From assembly GCA_041690395.1 (NCBI GenBank), contig JAWLHJ010000003.1, positions 352,001 to 416,000 on the forward strand: 64,000 nucleotides of DNA. Direction: 5' to 3'. Position numbers and translations under genes: made by a program. Of this stretch, positions 29,620 through 39,160 are shown in pieces (positions within the stretch are counted from its first letter, which is position 1; every line of letters begins with the position of its first letter). Under the pieces are notes generated by a model. The model searched no databases, was not told the origin of the DNA, and saw nothing but the letters and a program-made list of their open reading frames with translations. Source of the DNA: Longimicrobiales bacterium (GTDB lineage Bacteria > Gemmatimonadota > Gemmatimonadetes > Longimicrobiales > Gaopeijiaceae).

Positions 29620-30593
29620 GAAAGAGACTCACGTTCGCTGCGGTGCCGCCATCGATCGATCTCGGCGAACCATGGCAACATCCGCAACGCGAAAATCGGG
29701 ACGGAGGTGCGGCGCGTGATGTTCGTGCGGCGAAGCTGGAATGGATCCGTCTCGCCGAGCTCGTTCAGTCCGTCTTCGCAGGTGAACCCGAGGGTGCAGC
29801 CTTCCTCGCGTGCGATACGACTCACCGTCGCGTCGTAGACGCCATAGGGATAGGCGATGGGCCGAGCGCCGGCTCCGAGTTCCCGCTCGAGGTCCTCCAG
29901 AGATCCGCGGATCTCGCTACGGACACGGATCTCGTCGAGCTTCGTAAGCGCTGCGTGATGGCGCGTGTGTGCCCCGAAGCTGACACCATCCCGCGAAAGC
30001 GCCCTCAATTCGTCCCATGAAAGCACGGGCGACACCTGACGGGAGGGTTCGCGATCGTCGAGGCCGACCTCCCGGCAGGTGCTGTCGACGAAGCGCTCCG
30101 CTTCATCATGGCCCAGGCGCCGCATCAGGGCACGTACCTGGTGGTGATCTTCGATCGGGGGCAGCGTCACGGAATCGATGGACCCTCTCGCGGCCTCCAG
30201 GGCACGGCCCCAGGTCTCATCCTTGGTGCCACGAACCGTCGCCCGGTGAAGGCGATCCCACCAGAGCGCCCGATCTGGATGGTCCGGGTAGGCCGTCGGC
30301 ACGAAGACGGTCACGGGAATCCCGAGCTCGCGCAGGATCGGCCACGCATACTCCGCGAAGTCCCGGTACGCGTCGTCGACCGTCACGTGGACCGCGCTCG
30401 CGGGCAGGGGTCGCCCCCCCTCCGAGCACGCCTCGACGATCTGCTCGAGGGTTACCGGACGATATCGCCTCCGAAGATGCTCCATCTGCCTTCGGAACGT
30501 CTCGGGCGTCGCACTCACGAGGAGGGGGTCCAGATCCGGGGTCTCGTCCGGCTCCGCGATCCGATGGTAGGTCAGGACTCTCAATAGACTCAT
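29616..30593 (-). CDS. Polysaccharide deacetylase (CE4/NodB-like)
   Basis: 'VLTYHRI', 'TVDDAY', 'GAHTRHH' and 'AYPYG'. Confidence 0.9.
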   Translation of the reverse strand: MSLLRVLTYHRIAEPDETPDLDPLLVSATPETFRRQMEHLRRRYRPVTLEQIVEACSEGGRPLPASAVHVTVDDAYRDFAEYAWPILRELGIPVTVFVPTAYPDHPDRALWWDRLHRATVRGTKDETWGRALEAARGSIDSVTLPPIEDHHQVRALMRRLGHDEAERFVDSTCREVGLDDREPSRQVSPVLSWDELRALSRDGVSFGAHTRHHAALTKLDEIRVRSEIRGSLEDLERELGAGARPIAYPYGVYDATVSRIAREEGCTLGFTCEDGLNELGETDPFQLRRTNITRRTSVPIFALRMLPWFAEIDRWRHRSERESLS

Positions 30594-31975
30594 GTCGGTG
30601 CGACCTCCATGTAGTAGGGATCCGCTTCTGCCCCGTACTCCCACACCCAGTCCCTGAGGGTGCCGACCGCCGCCGCCGCCAATGCCACCATGACCCAGTA
30701 GTACCGCTCGTAGGCGAGATGCAGGAAGACTCCCGTGCCCAGATAGGCGAGGAGGACCAACGTGAATCCGGTGGCCAGCCGAGCTAGGTCCGGTCGTGTC
30801 GCGACGAGGGTCAAGCGCAGCCTCCGCAGGTCGAGGAGAAGGAAGAACGGGATCGCCAGGAAGATCAGCAGGCCCACGGTGCCGGTTTCCGCCGCCATCT
30901 CGAGGTAGAGATTGTGCGCTCGGCGTGGCTCGGCGATCTGGCGAAAGCTGAGCTCCGGCAATTCCTGGTATCGGACGGCGTGAAAAGCGATGTACTGCCC
31001 CGGCCCCACCCCCAGCACCGGGTGGTCGGTGTACGCCGCGAGGGCGGAGAGCATGGCCGTCGTGCGTCCCCTCGTCGGTCCGTCGGCCTCGACCTGAGTG
31101 GATCCGAAGAGACCCGCTACGCCTGCCACGCTTTTCGCACGGTCTGCCATCCCCGGCACAGCGGTGAGTGTCACGACGACACCCACGGCCAGCACGCCGA
31201 CCAGTCGACCGGGCCGAATGAGTCGTAGTGGGACCGCGATGACCAGCAGCGCGAACAGCGCGACGAGCGCACCCCGCGAGTAGGTGAGAAGAACACCGCC
31301 GAGCAGCAGCCCGACACAGAGCCAGCCGAGGAGGGCCCCGGCCCGCCGGCCGGCGTTGAGGGCGACCATCACGGAGAGTGCGCCTGCCATCATCAGGACC
31401 TGTGCGAACCGATTCGGTTCGTCCACGGGTCCCCGGGCACGGTGCTCGAGACCGATCTCCTCCCCCGCCGACACCTGACTCGCGGAGGCGCCGAGTCCCT
31501 CGAGGTGCTCGAGGCTCCTCGGCGCGAGACCCATGAACTCCTGGTCGTAGTTCCCCGTCACGGCCTGGAAGACGGTGAGCGCCGCGAGCAGAGTCGCGGC
31601 AGCCACGGTCGCGACGATGGCGACGCGGAGGTCGGGCAAGCCACGAACCGCCTGGCGCACCAGGAACACGATCAGCAGCCCCTCGCTGACGAAGACCAGA
31701 ATGCGCTCGAACGCGACGTCGTACCCCTGGGCGGGCAAGGCCGAGAGAAGAAGAACGGCCAGAAACGACGACATCAGGAGTAGGGTCCGATCGATGACGA
31801 TCGGGCGCCGTCGGATGACGAGCTGATGGACGGCAGCGAGTGCGAGTAGTGCGGGCACGAGCACCACGGACGCGGAGGGTACGATACCCCGCTGCGCCGC
31901 AACGACGGGCCAGTTCGTATAGAGGAGGAACAACCCGAGGGCCATGGCCGGCGCCGAGAAGGTGACTCCGCGCAT
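30590..31975 (-). CDS. O-antigen ligase / Wzy polymerase family protein
   Basis: 'EPNRFA', 'LTYSRG', 'HPVLGVGPG' and 'AHNLYLEMAAETG'. Confidence 0.88.
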   Translation of the reverse strand: MRGVTFSAPAMALGLFLLYTNWPVVAAQRGIVPSASVVLVPALLALAAVHQLVIRRRPIVIDRTLLLMSSFLAVLLLSALPAQGYDVAFERILVFVSEGLLIVFLVRQAVRGLPDLRVAIVATVAAATLLAALTVFQAVTGNYDQEFMGLAPRSLEHLEGLGASASQVSAGEEIGLEHRARGPVDEPNRFAQVLMMAGALSVMVALNAGRRAGALLGWLCVGLLLGGVLLTYSRGALVALFALLVIAVPLRLIRPGRLVGVLAVGVVVTLTAVPGMADRAKSVAGVAGLFGSTQVEADGPTRGRTTAMLSALAAYTDHPVLGVGPGQYIAFHAVRYQELPELSFRQIAEPRRAHNLYLEMAAETGTVGLLIFLAIPFFLLLDLRRLRLTLVATRPDLARLATGFTLVLLAYLGTGVFLHLAYERYYWVMVALAAAAVGTLRDWVWEYGAEADPYYMEVAPT

Positions 31976-31980
31976 TCGCC

Positions 31981-33255
31981 TCACCCTCCCAGAGCGGAAG
32001 ACCACCGTTCCACCGCCGTGGGCCGCCCACCCAGCCCCACCGGCCGGTCGCCCCGCCCCGTGTTCCGCTCGAAGCCCGACCTCCGCCACATGGACAGCAA
32101 GTGGCGCGCGGCGCGGAGCAGATCCGCGAGGAACGGAACGGGGTCGCGCCACGAGAACAGCGCGAACGCGAACCGTCCCCGCCAGGACCGGAGGACAGCG
32201 AAGGGGGAGATGCGTCTCTGGAGCAGAAGGGACGCACAAGCCTGGACGTCGCGCCGAACGTAAATCCACTTCGTCCCCCGGTAGCGTTGCACCCGCTCCG
32301 CGGGCAACGGCGCTCCGACGAGATCGTTGTACATGGTCATGAGAAGCTCGACACCCGCTCGCTCGGCGGCCGTGGCCCGGCCCGTGGGCCGACCGACGTT
32401 CGCCTCGATGACGACGTGCTGCCCGGAGCGGGCATCCCACATCGACTCGACGTAGCCCTGGCCGTGATGGCCCGCCTCCTTGAACAGGCGGATCGCCTGC
32501 TGACGCACCTCCTCGTTCCGGTGCTCCACGCTGATGCAGCCCTGTCCCACCACCGGAGGCCATTGGCGCAGCTTCCGGGACGTGAAGGTCACGAGCGGAG
32601 TCCCGTCGGTCGAGAAGTAGCCGTCGCACGTGTAGTGGTCGGAGGCCTCACCCGGAACGAGCTCCTGGACCACGAACCGGTTCGCCAGTGGTGCGTGCCG
32701 ATCGTAGTGCGCGAGCAGCGCGCTCGGAGTCTCGGCGACGAGTGCCTTCCCGGGCGCATGCCGATCCCACCGTACGGACTTCAGCGCGGGCTTGAGCACG
32801 CAGGGGTAGCGGGTATTACGCGCGGCTCGCTCCGCGTCGGCACGGCTCCGCAGGACGTGGGTCGCCGGAACGGGAATACCGCGTGCCACGGCGAACTCGG
32901 CGAAAGCGGCCTTGTCCATGAGCTGCTCGATGACGACGTGAGAAGGCACCGAGGTGAGGAAATGCTCCCGGAGCGTCACGCCGTGACGAGCCACGCCGAG
33001 AACGGCGAGGTCGGTGCATGGAACGAGGACGGCCGGCTTCTCCAGCTCGCTCGCGAGCTCGAAGAGGGCCGAGGCCATGCTTTCGGGGTCGCGGTCGGCC
33101 CTGATCACCCGGCGGCAGCTCCGCGTTCGGGCGCAAGGGTGCCGCACGTCCGCCGCGATGCCGATGACTTCGATGCCCCTGGCCGCGAACACCCTCGACA
33201 CCTGCAGGCCGGTGGGACCATCGAGCCCCATGACCACGACCGGCGGGCCGCTCAC
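31981..33255 (-). CDS. ATP-grasp carboxylate-amine ligase (D-aspartate ligase-like)
   Basis: 'LVPCTD', 'MDKAAF', 'YPCVLKP', 'VVQELVPG', 'KLRQWP' and 'IEANVGR'. Confidence 0.82.
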   Translation of the reverse strand: MSGPPVVVMGLDGPTGLQVSRVFAARGIEVIGIAADVRHPCARTRSCRRVIRADRDPESMASALFELASELEKPAVLVPCTDLAVLGVARHGVTLREHFLTSVPSHVVIEQLMDKAAFAEFAVARGIPVPATHVLRSRADAERAARNTRYPCVLKPALKSVRWDRHAPGKALVAETPSALLAHYDRHAPLANRFVVQELVPGEASDHYTCDGYFSTDGTPLVTFTSRKLRQWPPVVGQGCISVEHRNEEVRQQAIRLFKEAGHHGQGYVESMWDARSGQHVVIEANVGRPTGRATAAERAGVELLMTMYNDLVGAPLPAERVQRYRGTKWIYVRRDVQACASLLLQRRISPFAVLRSWRGRFAFALFSWRDPVPFLADLLRAARHLLSMWRRSGFERNTGRGDRPVGLGGRPTAVERWSSALGG

Positions 33256-34421
33256 ACGTCACCGCCCTGTGCGGCCGTATGCCTCTGCGGTGTCCAGCGC
33301 TCGATGCGTCTGCCCTGAACCAGATTCCAGAGCGCGGCCGCACCCGCCAGGTTCGCGAGGCAGAAGAAAAACGGGACGTAGAAGATCGGGTTCTTACCGA
33401 CCCGGCTGCCGCGCATGGCCCATCCCAGGATGGCGAGCGAGAGGAAGCCGACCTGGGCCGCCGCGATCGCGAAATGGAACGAGCTGATCGGAGCCAACAG
33501 GAGGCTCACCACGAACAGCGGTGGGAAGAACAGGGGTAGGACGCGCCGCAGAACCTTGCGGGAGGCGAGCGCGACGGCGTAGAACCCATGACGCATCGGG
33601 TTGAGGAGCTCGCGCCGGAGCAGCACGCCGGAAAGCCCGCGCGTCATGAGCCGAACGCGGCGGCGGAACTCCGGGCCGCTGCTGGGCATGGTCTTCTCCA
33701 GGCCCAGGGCGTCACGCTCGAACACGAGGCGCTTGCCCTGAGCGACGACCGCGGTCGAGATCGCGAAGTCGTCGGTCACGGCCGGGTCCTCGACGGGGCG
33801 GAAGAGCTCCCGCCGGATGGCGTACATGCCGCCGTGCGCCGAAACCACGCTTCCTGTCCTGGTCTCGAGGTGCTTGAGCCACGTGTCGTAGCGCCAGTAG
33901 AGGTCCTCGCCTCGACCCGACGACTGCGTGTCGGCGGCCACGACGTACTCGGTCCTCCCCGCCACGCCGCCGACGTCCGGATCGGCGAAGTTGCGGGCCA
34001 TCATGGCCAAGGCGTCCCGGTGGAACATCGTGTTCGCGTCCGTGAACACGAGGACCTCACCCGTGGCCTGCCCCACGGCCGACGCGAGCGCGGCGGCCTT
34101 CCCCTTGCGAGGAAGGTCGAGAACCCGCACCCGCGAAGGATCCACCGCGGAGGCGAGCGCCACGGTGTCGTCGGTCGAGCCATCGGACGCGACCACGACT
34201 TCGATCCTGTCGCCCGGGTAGCGGGACTGGAAGATGTTCTCGAGGCGCGCCTCGATGTCTTCGGCCTCGTCGTATGCAGCGATGACGACGCTCAACCGGG
34301 GCGTCACCGGTCGCTTCCCGACCTTGCGGTCGAGCAGCGCCCCGGCGATCGCGGCCGTCACCGGATATCCGAAGTATCCGTAGGCCACGATGGCGACCAG
34401 GCTCCAGAAGACGATGGTCAT
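33252..34421 (-). CDS. Glycosyltransferase family 2 with TM segments
   Basis: 'VVIAAYDE', 'SDGSTD', 'FTDAN' and 'TDDF'. Confidence 0.9.
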   Translation of the reverse strand: MTIVFWSLVAIVAYGYFGYPVTAAIAGALLDRKVGKRPVTPRLSVVIAAYDEAEDIEARLENIFQSRYPGDRIEVVVASDGSTDDTVALASAVDPSRVRVLDLPRKGKAAALASAVGQATGEVLVFTDANTMFHRDALAMMARNFADPDVGGVAGRTEYVVAADTQSSGRGEDLYWRYDTWLKHLETRTGSVVSAHGGMYAIRRELFRPVEDPAVTDDFAISTAVVAQGKRLVFERDALGLEKTMPSSGPEFRRRVRLMTRGLSGVLLRRELLNPMRHGFYAVALASRKVLRRVLPLFFPPLFVVSLLLAPISSFHFAIAAAQVGFLSLAILGWAMRGSRVGKNPIFYVPFFFCLANLAGAAALWNLVQGRRIERWTPQRHTAAQGGDV

Positions 34422-34434
34422 CGGCGTGCACCCA

Positions 34435-35154
34435 TCATGATGCGCCGCGGCCGCCGAAGACGGCCCCGAACGTCCGGATCAGGATGAGCAGGTCGAGCGT
34501 CAAGCGACGGTTCTCGATGTACGCGATGTCCAGCCGGAGCCGGTCGTCGAAGTCCAGATCCGCTCGTCCGGAAACCTGCCACAGGCCGGTCAAGCCGGGC
34601 TTCACGTCGAGTCGAGCCGTGTGCCAGAGGCTGTACGTATCGGCCGCGAACGATGTCGGACGGGGTCCGACGAGGCTCATGTCCCCGGCGAGCACGTTGA
34701 AGATCTGGGGGAGCTCGTCGAGGCTCGTGCGCCGCAGGAACGCGCCCACGCGGGTCACGCGTGGGTCGTCCTTGATCTTGAAGTCCGGCCAGGTGAGCTG
34801 GTTCAGATGGGCGTACTTCTCCTTCAGCTCGGCCGCGTTCTCGACCATGGTGCGCATCTTGTACATGCGGAACCGTCGGCCATGCCGTCCGGTGCGAAGC
34901 TGGGCGAAGAACGGGGCTCCCGGGGTGTCGATGCGCACGGCCAGGGCGCAGAGCGCGAGCACGGGTATGACCACCGGGAGCGCCACGAGCGAGAGCACGA
35001 CGTCGAGAGCGCGCATGACAGCCAGGTACGTGCGCCGGCTGAGCATGGGTCGGGTCTCGAGCTCGTACCACGCCGGCTCGTGAAGAAGAGGACCCATGGA
35101 AGGCGCTCCTCGCAGCGCCTCGTCGAACGATCGGACGTCGAAGGACATACTCAT
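34435..35154 (-). CDS. Priming sugar transferase (Bac_transf, undecaprenyl-P glycosylphosphotransferase)
   Basis: 'DDPRVTRVGAFLRRTSLDELPQ' and 'KPGLTGLWQVSGR'. Confidence 0.95.
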   Translation of the reverse strand: MSMSFDVRSFDEALRGAPSMGPLLHEPAWYELETRPMLSRRTYLAVMRALDVVLSLVALPVVIPVLALCALAVRIDTPGAPFFAQLRTGRHGRRFRMYKMRTMVENAAELKEKYAHLNQLTWPDFKIKDDPRVTRVGAFLRRTSLDELPQIFNVLAGDMSLVGPRPTSFAADTYSLWHTARLDVKPGLTGLWQVSGRADLDFDDRLRLDIAYIENRRLTLDLLILIRTFGAVFGGRGAS

Positions 35155-35834
35155 TCACTCCCCAGGGCTTCACGGGCGACTTCGGGCGGGGCACCGGTGC
35201 GCGAAGTCCGAGGCCTGGATCGCGCGCGAACCTGGGGAGACGGAAGCTCGCGGGGAGGACGCGCGTCGCCGGATCCCGCCGACGAGGCTCGATCGTCCAC
35301 GCTCTCAGCGCGTTCCAGCGCCGTTTCCTCGAGATCTTCGAGAGTGAGGCCGTCAGCCGGGAAGGACGCGACGCCGGCCACCAGACCGATCTGCAGACGC
35401 CTCCGGAACAACTCCCCCACCCGGATCATGGCCTGCCGCGCCTCTTCGCCATCGGACTGGGGGAGCCCGAGGACGAAGCGACCGGCCATCGGCCGGTAGC
35501 ACACGACATCGCTCTCCCGCAGCGCCTCGCGAAGGCCGAGCGCCGCGAGGAGCGGGAGGACGTCGGGTCCAGCTGGTCCGTCACCATTGGAGCCGGGCCC
35601 GCCGTTCGAGCCGGGCCCGCCTGGGCCTTCCTCGAACCGCACCATGCTCAACACCACGATCGTAACGGCCTGTTCGTAACGACGCGCCCTCGTGAACTCG
35701 CCGACGAGCGTCTCGTCGGAGTCGATGACACGTGTCGGCGGCGGAGCCCCTCGAATGGAGGGCGTCCGCTCCGGCGAGTCGGCGTTGTCGCTGCTGTGAC
35801 CACCGACGATCCGTTTGATCCACTTCATGCTCAT
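35151..35834 (-). CDS. Degenerate GGDEF-fold protein retaining an RxxD site
   Basis: 'EFTRARRYEQAVTIVVL', 'LRESDVVCY...RFVLGLP' and 'GVASFPADG...DL'. No GG(D/E)EF motif. Confidence 0.7.
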   Translation of the reverse strand: MSMKWIKRIVGGHSSDNADSPERTPSIRGAPPPTRVIDSDETLVGEFTRARRYEQAVTIVVLSMVRFEEGPGGPGSNGGPGSNGDGPAGPDVLPLLAALGLREALRESDVVCYRPMAGRFVLGLPQSDGEEARQAMIRVGELFRRRLQIGLVAGVASFPADGLTLEDLEETALERAESVDDRASSAGSGDARPPRELPSPQVRARSRPRTSRTGAPPEVAREALGSE

Positions 35835-38092
35835 CAGACACCTTCAGGTTGGTTGTTCGACCGCGCGACACGGGATGACATGCTTTCGGCGGAACGCGGC
35901 GATCGTGCCGAAGCCGGGGAGGCGTCTTCAGGCGGCGTCGCGTACTCGGCGAAGTAGTCCCCGAAGTCCGGCATACTGCCCTTCTGGAGGTCGTTCACGA
36001 CCACACCCATGAGGTTGGGCACCTCTTCGGGGAGCCGGGCGACGAGGCCCTTCGGCGTCGTATTGCTGCGCACGACGACGACGACACCGTCCACCACGCG
36101 CGACAGCAGCGTCGCGTCGGCGGCGTTGATGAAGAGCGCGGGCGCGTCGACGATGACGAAGTCGTAGCGGGCCTCCGCGTCATGCAGGAGGGAGCTCATT
36201 CCGTGGCCGGCCAGGAGATCCGCCGCACGCGACGTCTCCCCGCCCGACGGAAGCACGTCCAGGCCGTCCGCGACGCCGAACCTGACCGACGCCTTCCAGT
36301 CGGCTCCGCCCTTCAGATGATCGGAGAGCCCGGGACCGGCCGGGATACCGAGAGCCCGGTGGACGGACGGCCTACGAAGGTCCGCGTCGACCAGCAACAC
36401 GCGGCTGCCCAGCTTGGCCAGTGACATGGCGAGGTTCACCGAGATGGTGGTCTTCCCTTCTCCCGCCCTGCAGCTCGACACCAGGATGGACTGCGCTACC
36501 GGTGCGCCGTTCCGGAACAGGACCGCGGTGCGCAGGGCCCCGAACGCGTCGACGATTGCATTGCTGTGCGCGGCTCCCTTCTCGAGCATGTCGAGGCGGA
36601 GCCAGGAGCCCTGTCCGGATCGCCTTCGGACCCTCGGCTCCAGGGCGGAGGGACCCTCGTGCGCGGGAATCATGCCGAGAATCGGCAGCTCCATCCGGCG
36701 CGGAAGGTCGCCCACGGTCTTCAGCGTGTCGTCGAAGAGCTCCTTGACGAACGCGGCGCCGATGCCGAGCACCAGCCCGAGCATGAGCGCGAGCCCCATG
36801 GTCATGGCGAACACCGGGCGGTACGGCTGCAGGGGGGGAACCGCCGGGTCGACCACCGAGAAGTCGGTCGGCCCGATGGCCACCGCGGTCTCCGCGTCGC
36901 GCTGCCGCTCATGGAGCGTGACGTAGAGCGCCCGGTTCGCGAGCACTGCCTGACGGAGGATATGATGTCCTCCGGACTCCGGACCCAGCTCGTTGGCCCG
37001 CTCTTCCTGCTCGTCGATCGCCTGCGCGATCATCCCCTCGCGCTGCAACGCCAGTCGGTACTCGTTCCCGACCCGGCCGGCCACGCGCTCCCGCTCCTGC
37101 GCGATGAGCCCCTCGACGTTCGCGATCTGGTTGAGCACGTCGGCCGTGACCGGATAGTCGTCGGTGAACGTCGACGAGAGCCGGGCGTATTCGCGCCGTA
37201 GCCCGGACAGCTGAGACTCCAGCTCCCTCAGAGCGGCGTCCTCGACGATGTCCACCCCGCCCTGGTCCGCGACGACGTTGTAGAGCGCCTGGTTCTCGTA
37301 CCGCACGCCTTGAGCTTCGGCCAGTCGAGCCCGCAGGTCTCTCAAGCGGGTCCCGATCTCGGAGGTGATGTCCTCCTCCACCAGGTACGGAAGGCCGTTC
37401 TCCTGCGTGTACCGCCGCAGCGCCTCTTCCGACTCCTCGAGCCTCCGTCCCACTTCCTCGACCTGGGCAGCGATACGTTCCGCGCCCTCCTCGCGCATCT
37501 CCGTGCGAAGCGTCGTAAACGACGCGACGATCTCGTTGACGATGAGAGCCGCGAGCTCGGGCGATCCGGCGGAGAAGGTCACGCGTACCAGCCGGCTCTC
37601 GGCGACCGGGTCGATGACGAGACGCTCGAGGAAGCGCGACACCATGCCTTGTCTCGTGGTCTCTTCGTCCGGAGCGAACTCCTCGACCTGCTCCAGCTCG
37701 AGCGTCTCGATGACGCGGTTCGCGAGGGTCTCACTGCGAAGCAGCTCGAAGTTGGTCCGCAGGTGCTCCTCGGTGGGGTCGCCCTCGGCGAAGAGGCTCG
37801 CGACGGAGGGGACACTCCCGTCGCCCCGGCCGATCTCCAGCAGCGCGCTGGCGCGGTAGACGGGCGTCTGGAACAATGTGAACAGGAGCGCGGCCGCGAC
37901 CACGCCGAGAAAGATCCCGCGGATCAGCGACGCGCGGCGACGCAGGATGCCGACCAGCGTTCTGAGGTCGACCTCCATGCCGTCCCGCTCACCCGGCAGG
38001 GGACCGCTTTGCGCCCGGTAGCGCGAAGGGAGAGTTCCACCGTCACCGGGGATGCGCGCGAGCGAACGCCCGTTCCTCGACTCGGGGGCCAT
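35834..38092 (-). CDS. wzc: Polysaccharide co-polymerase / BY-kinase
   Basis: Wzz N-terminus, coiled coil, TM, Walker A 'AGEGKTT', 'LVDADLRRP' and 'VIVDAP'. Confidence 0.92.
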   Translation of the reverse strand: MAPESRNGRSLARIPGDGGTLPSRYRAQSGPLPGERDGMEVDLRTLVGILRRRASLIRGIFLGVVAAALLFTLFQTPVYRASALLEIGRGDGSVPSVASLFAEGDPTEEHLRTNFELLRSETLANRVIETLELEQVEEFAPDEETTRQGMVSRFLERLVIDPVAESRLVRVTFSAGSPELAALIVNEIVASFTTLRTEMREEGAERIAAQVEEVGRRLEESEEALRRYTQENGLPYLVEEDITSEIGTRLRDLRARLAEAQGVRYENQALYNVVADQGGVDIVEDAALRELESQLSGLRREYARLSSTFTDDYPVTADVLNQIANVEGLIAQERERVAGRVGNEYRLALQREGMIAQAIDEQEERANELGPESGGHHILRQAVLANRALYVTLHERQRDAETAVAIGPTDFSVVDPAVPPLQPYRPVFAMTMGLALMLGLVLGIGAAFVKELFDDTLKTVGDLPRRMELPILGMIPAHEGPSALEPRVRRRSGQGSWLRLDMLEKGAAHSNAIVDAFGALRTAVLFRNGAPVAQSILVSSCRAGEGKTTISVNLAMSLAKLGSRVLLVDADLRRPSVHRALGIPAGPGLSDHLKGGADWKASVRFGVADGLDVLPSGGETSRAADLLAGHGMSSLLHDAEARYDFVIVDAPALFINAADATLLSRVVDGVVVVVRSNTTPKGLVARLPEEVPNLMGVVVNDLQKGSMPDFGDYFAEYATPPEDASPASARSPRSAESMSSRVARSNNQPEGV

Positions 38093-39156
38093 CAGTAGAA
38101 CAGTCCCCGGAAGGTGAGCATGCTGACCAGAGCCCCCAGCACGCCCAACCGCCACGCCTTGTTGCGATTGTTCGGAACGAACAACACGTCGCGCGGCATC
38201 AACGCGGGCGGGGCGACTTCACCGTCCAGCATCTTGTCGAGGTGTATGGGGATCTCCTGCCTGGACCCGTCTTCCGCCTGCCGGACGATGACCGCGCGGT
38301 CCGCGGCGGCGGTCCTGCCGAGGCCCTCCGCCATCGCGAGCGCCTGGAGGACGTCGAGCGGAGGACCGGTCGGGATCTGGAAACCACCGGGCTGATTCAC
38401 CTGCCCCGCGACATACACGAGGCCGGCAGGTCGGACCTGCACGATATCCCCCGGAAGCACGTCGAGATTCTCGGACGTCCGCCCGTACGTGAGCAGCGCG
38501 CCGAGATCGACTTCCATGACTTCGCTTCCCGGCGGACCCAGGGACGTCGCGGCCGTGCTGACCGGCATCGTGCCGGAGGTCGCTCCCCCGTGCGCCGGGC
38601 GCACCACGAACACGCTGTTCCCCGCCGTCTCGGTCAGCCCTTCGGCCATCGCGAGGACGTCGAGCAAGGTGCTCCTGCCCATGATCTGGTAGACGCCGGG
38701 CTGGCGCACGGACCCGATCACGGAGACGCCACGGCTCGACACCTCGGAGATCTGGACCGTGACATGCGGGTTGCGCATGTAGGTCTCACGGAGCTTCTCC
38801 GCGATGGAGTCTTCGAGCTCCCTCGCCGTCAGGCTGGCCGCCTCGACCGCGCCGAGCAGCGGGAGCGCGATCTCTCCGCTCTCCTCGACCTGGAACGTGC
38901 CGTTGAACGTCTCGACGCCGAACACGTCGATCTGGACCTGATCCCGTGCGCCGATCCGGTACTCGCTCGACACCCTCGCCGAGTCGGTCCGGGTTTCTGC
39001 GTTCGCCGTCAGGATTCGGCGATTCGCCTCCGCGATCCGCATGGTGTCGGCTTCCATGGGCGGAAGCGTTCCCGCGTCGTAGTTCGATCCGCCGCCCGAC
39101 GCACAGCCGGCGGTAAGGAGCAGGACGAAAAGGAAGGTTGTCCGAGCCATGGTCAT
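38092..39156 (-). CDS. wza: Polysaccharide export lipoprotein (Poly_export plus SLBB)
   Basis: Lipobox 'LTAGC', 'YRIGARD', 'GEIALPLLG' and two SLBB repeats. Confidence 0.9.
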   Translation of the reverse strand: MTMARTTFLFVLLLTAGCASGGGSNYDAGTLPPMEADTMRIAEANRRILTANAETRTDSARVSSEYRIGARDQVQIDVFGVETFNGTFQVEESGEIALPLLGAVEAASLTARELEDSIAEKLRETYMRNPHVTVQISEVSSRGVSVIGSVRQPGVYQIMGRSTLLDVLAMAEGLTETAGNSVFVVRPAHGGATSGTMPVSTAATSLGPPGSEVMEVDLGALLTYGRTSENLDVLPGDIVQVRPAGLVYVAGQVNQPGGFQIPTGPPLDVLQALAMAEGLGRTAAADRAVIVRQAEDGSRQEIPIHLDKMLDGEVAPPALMPRDVLFVPNNRNKAWRLGVLGALVSMLTFRGLFY

Positions 39157-39160
39157 GGTC

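Noticed and set aside
29616..32629. Long N-terminal extensions of the deacetylase (to 32237) and the Wzy-like gene (to 32629)
   Set aside because: They overlap real upstream genes in other frames. Internal ATGs with stop/start coupling fit better.
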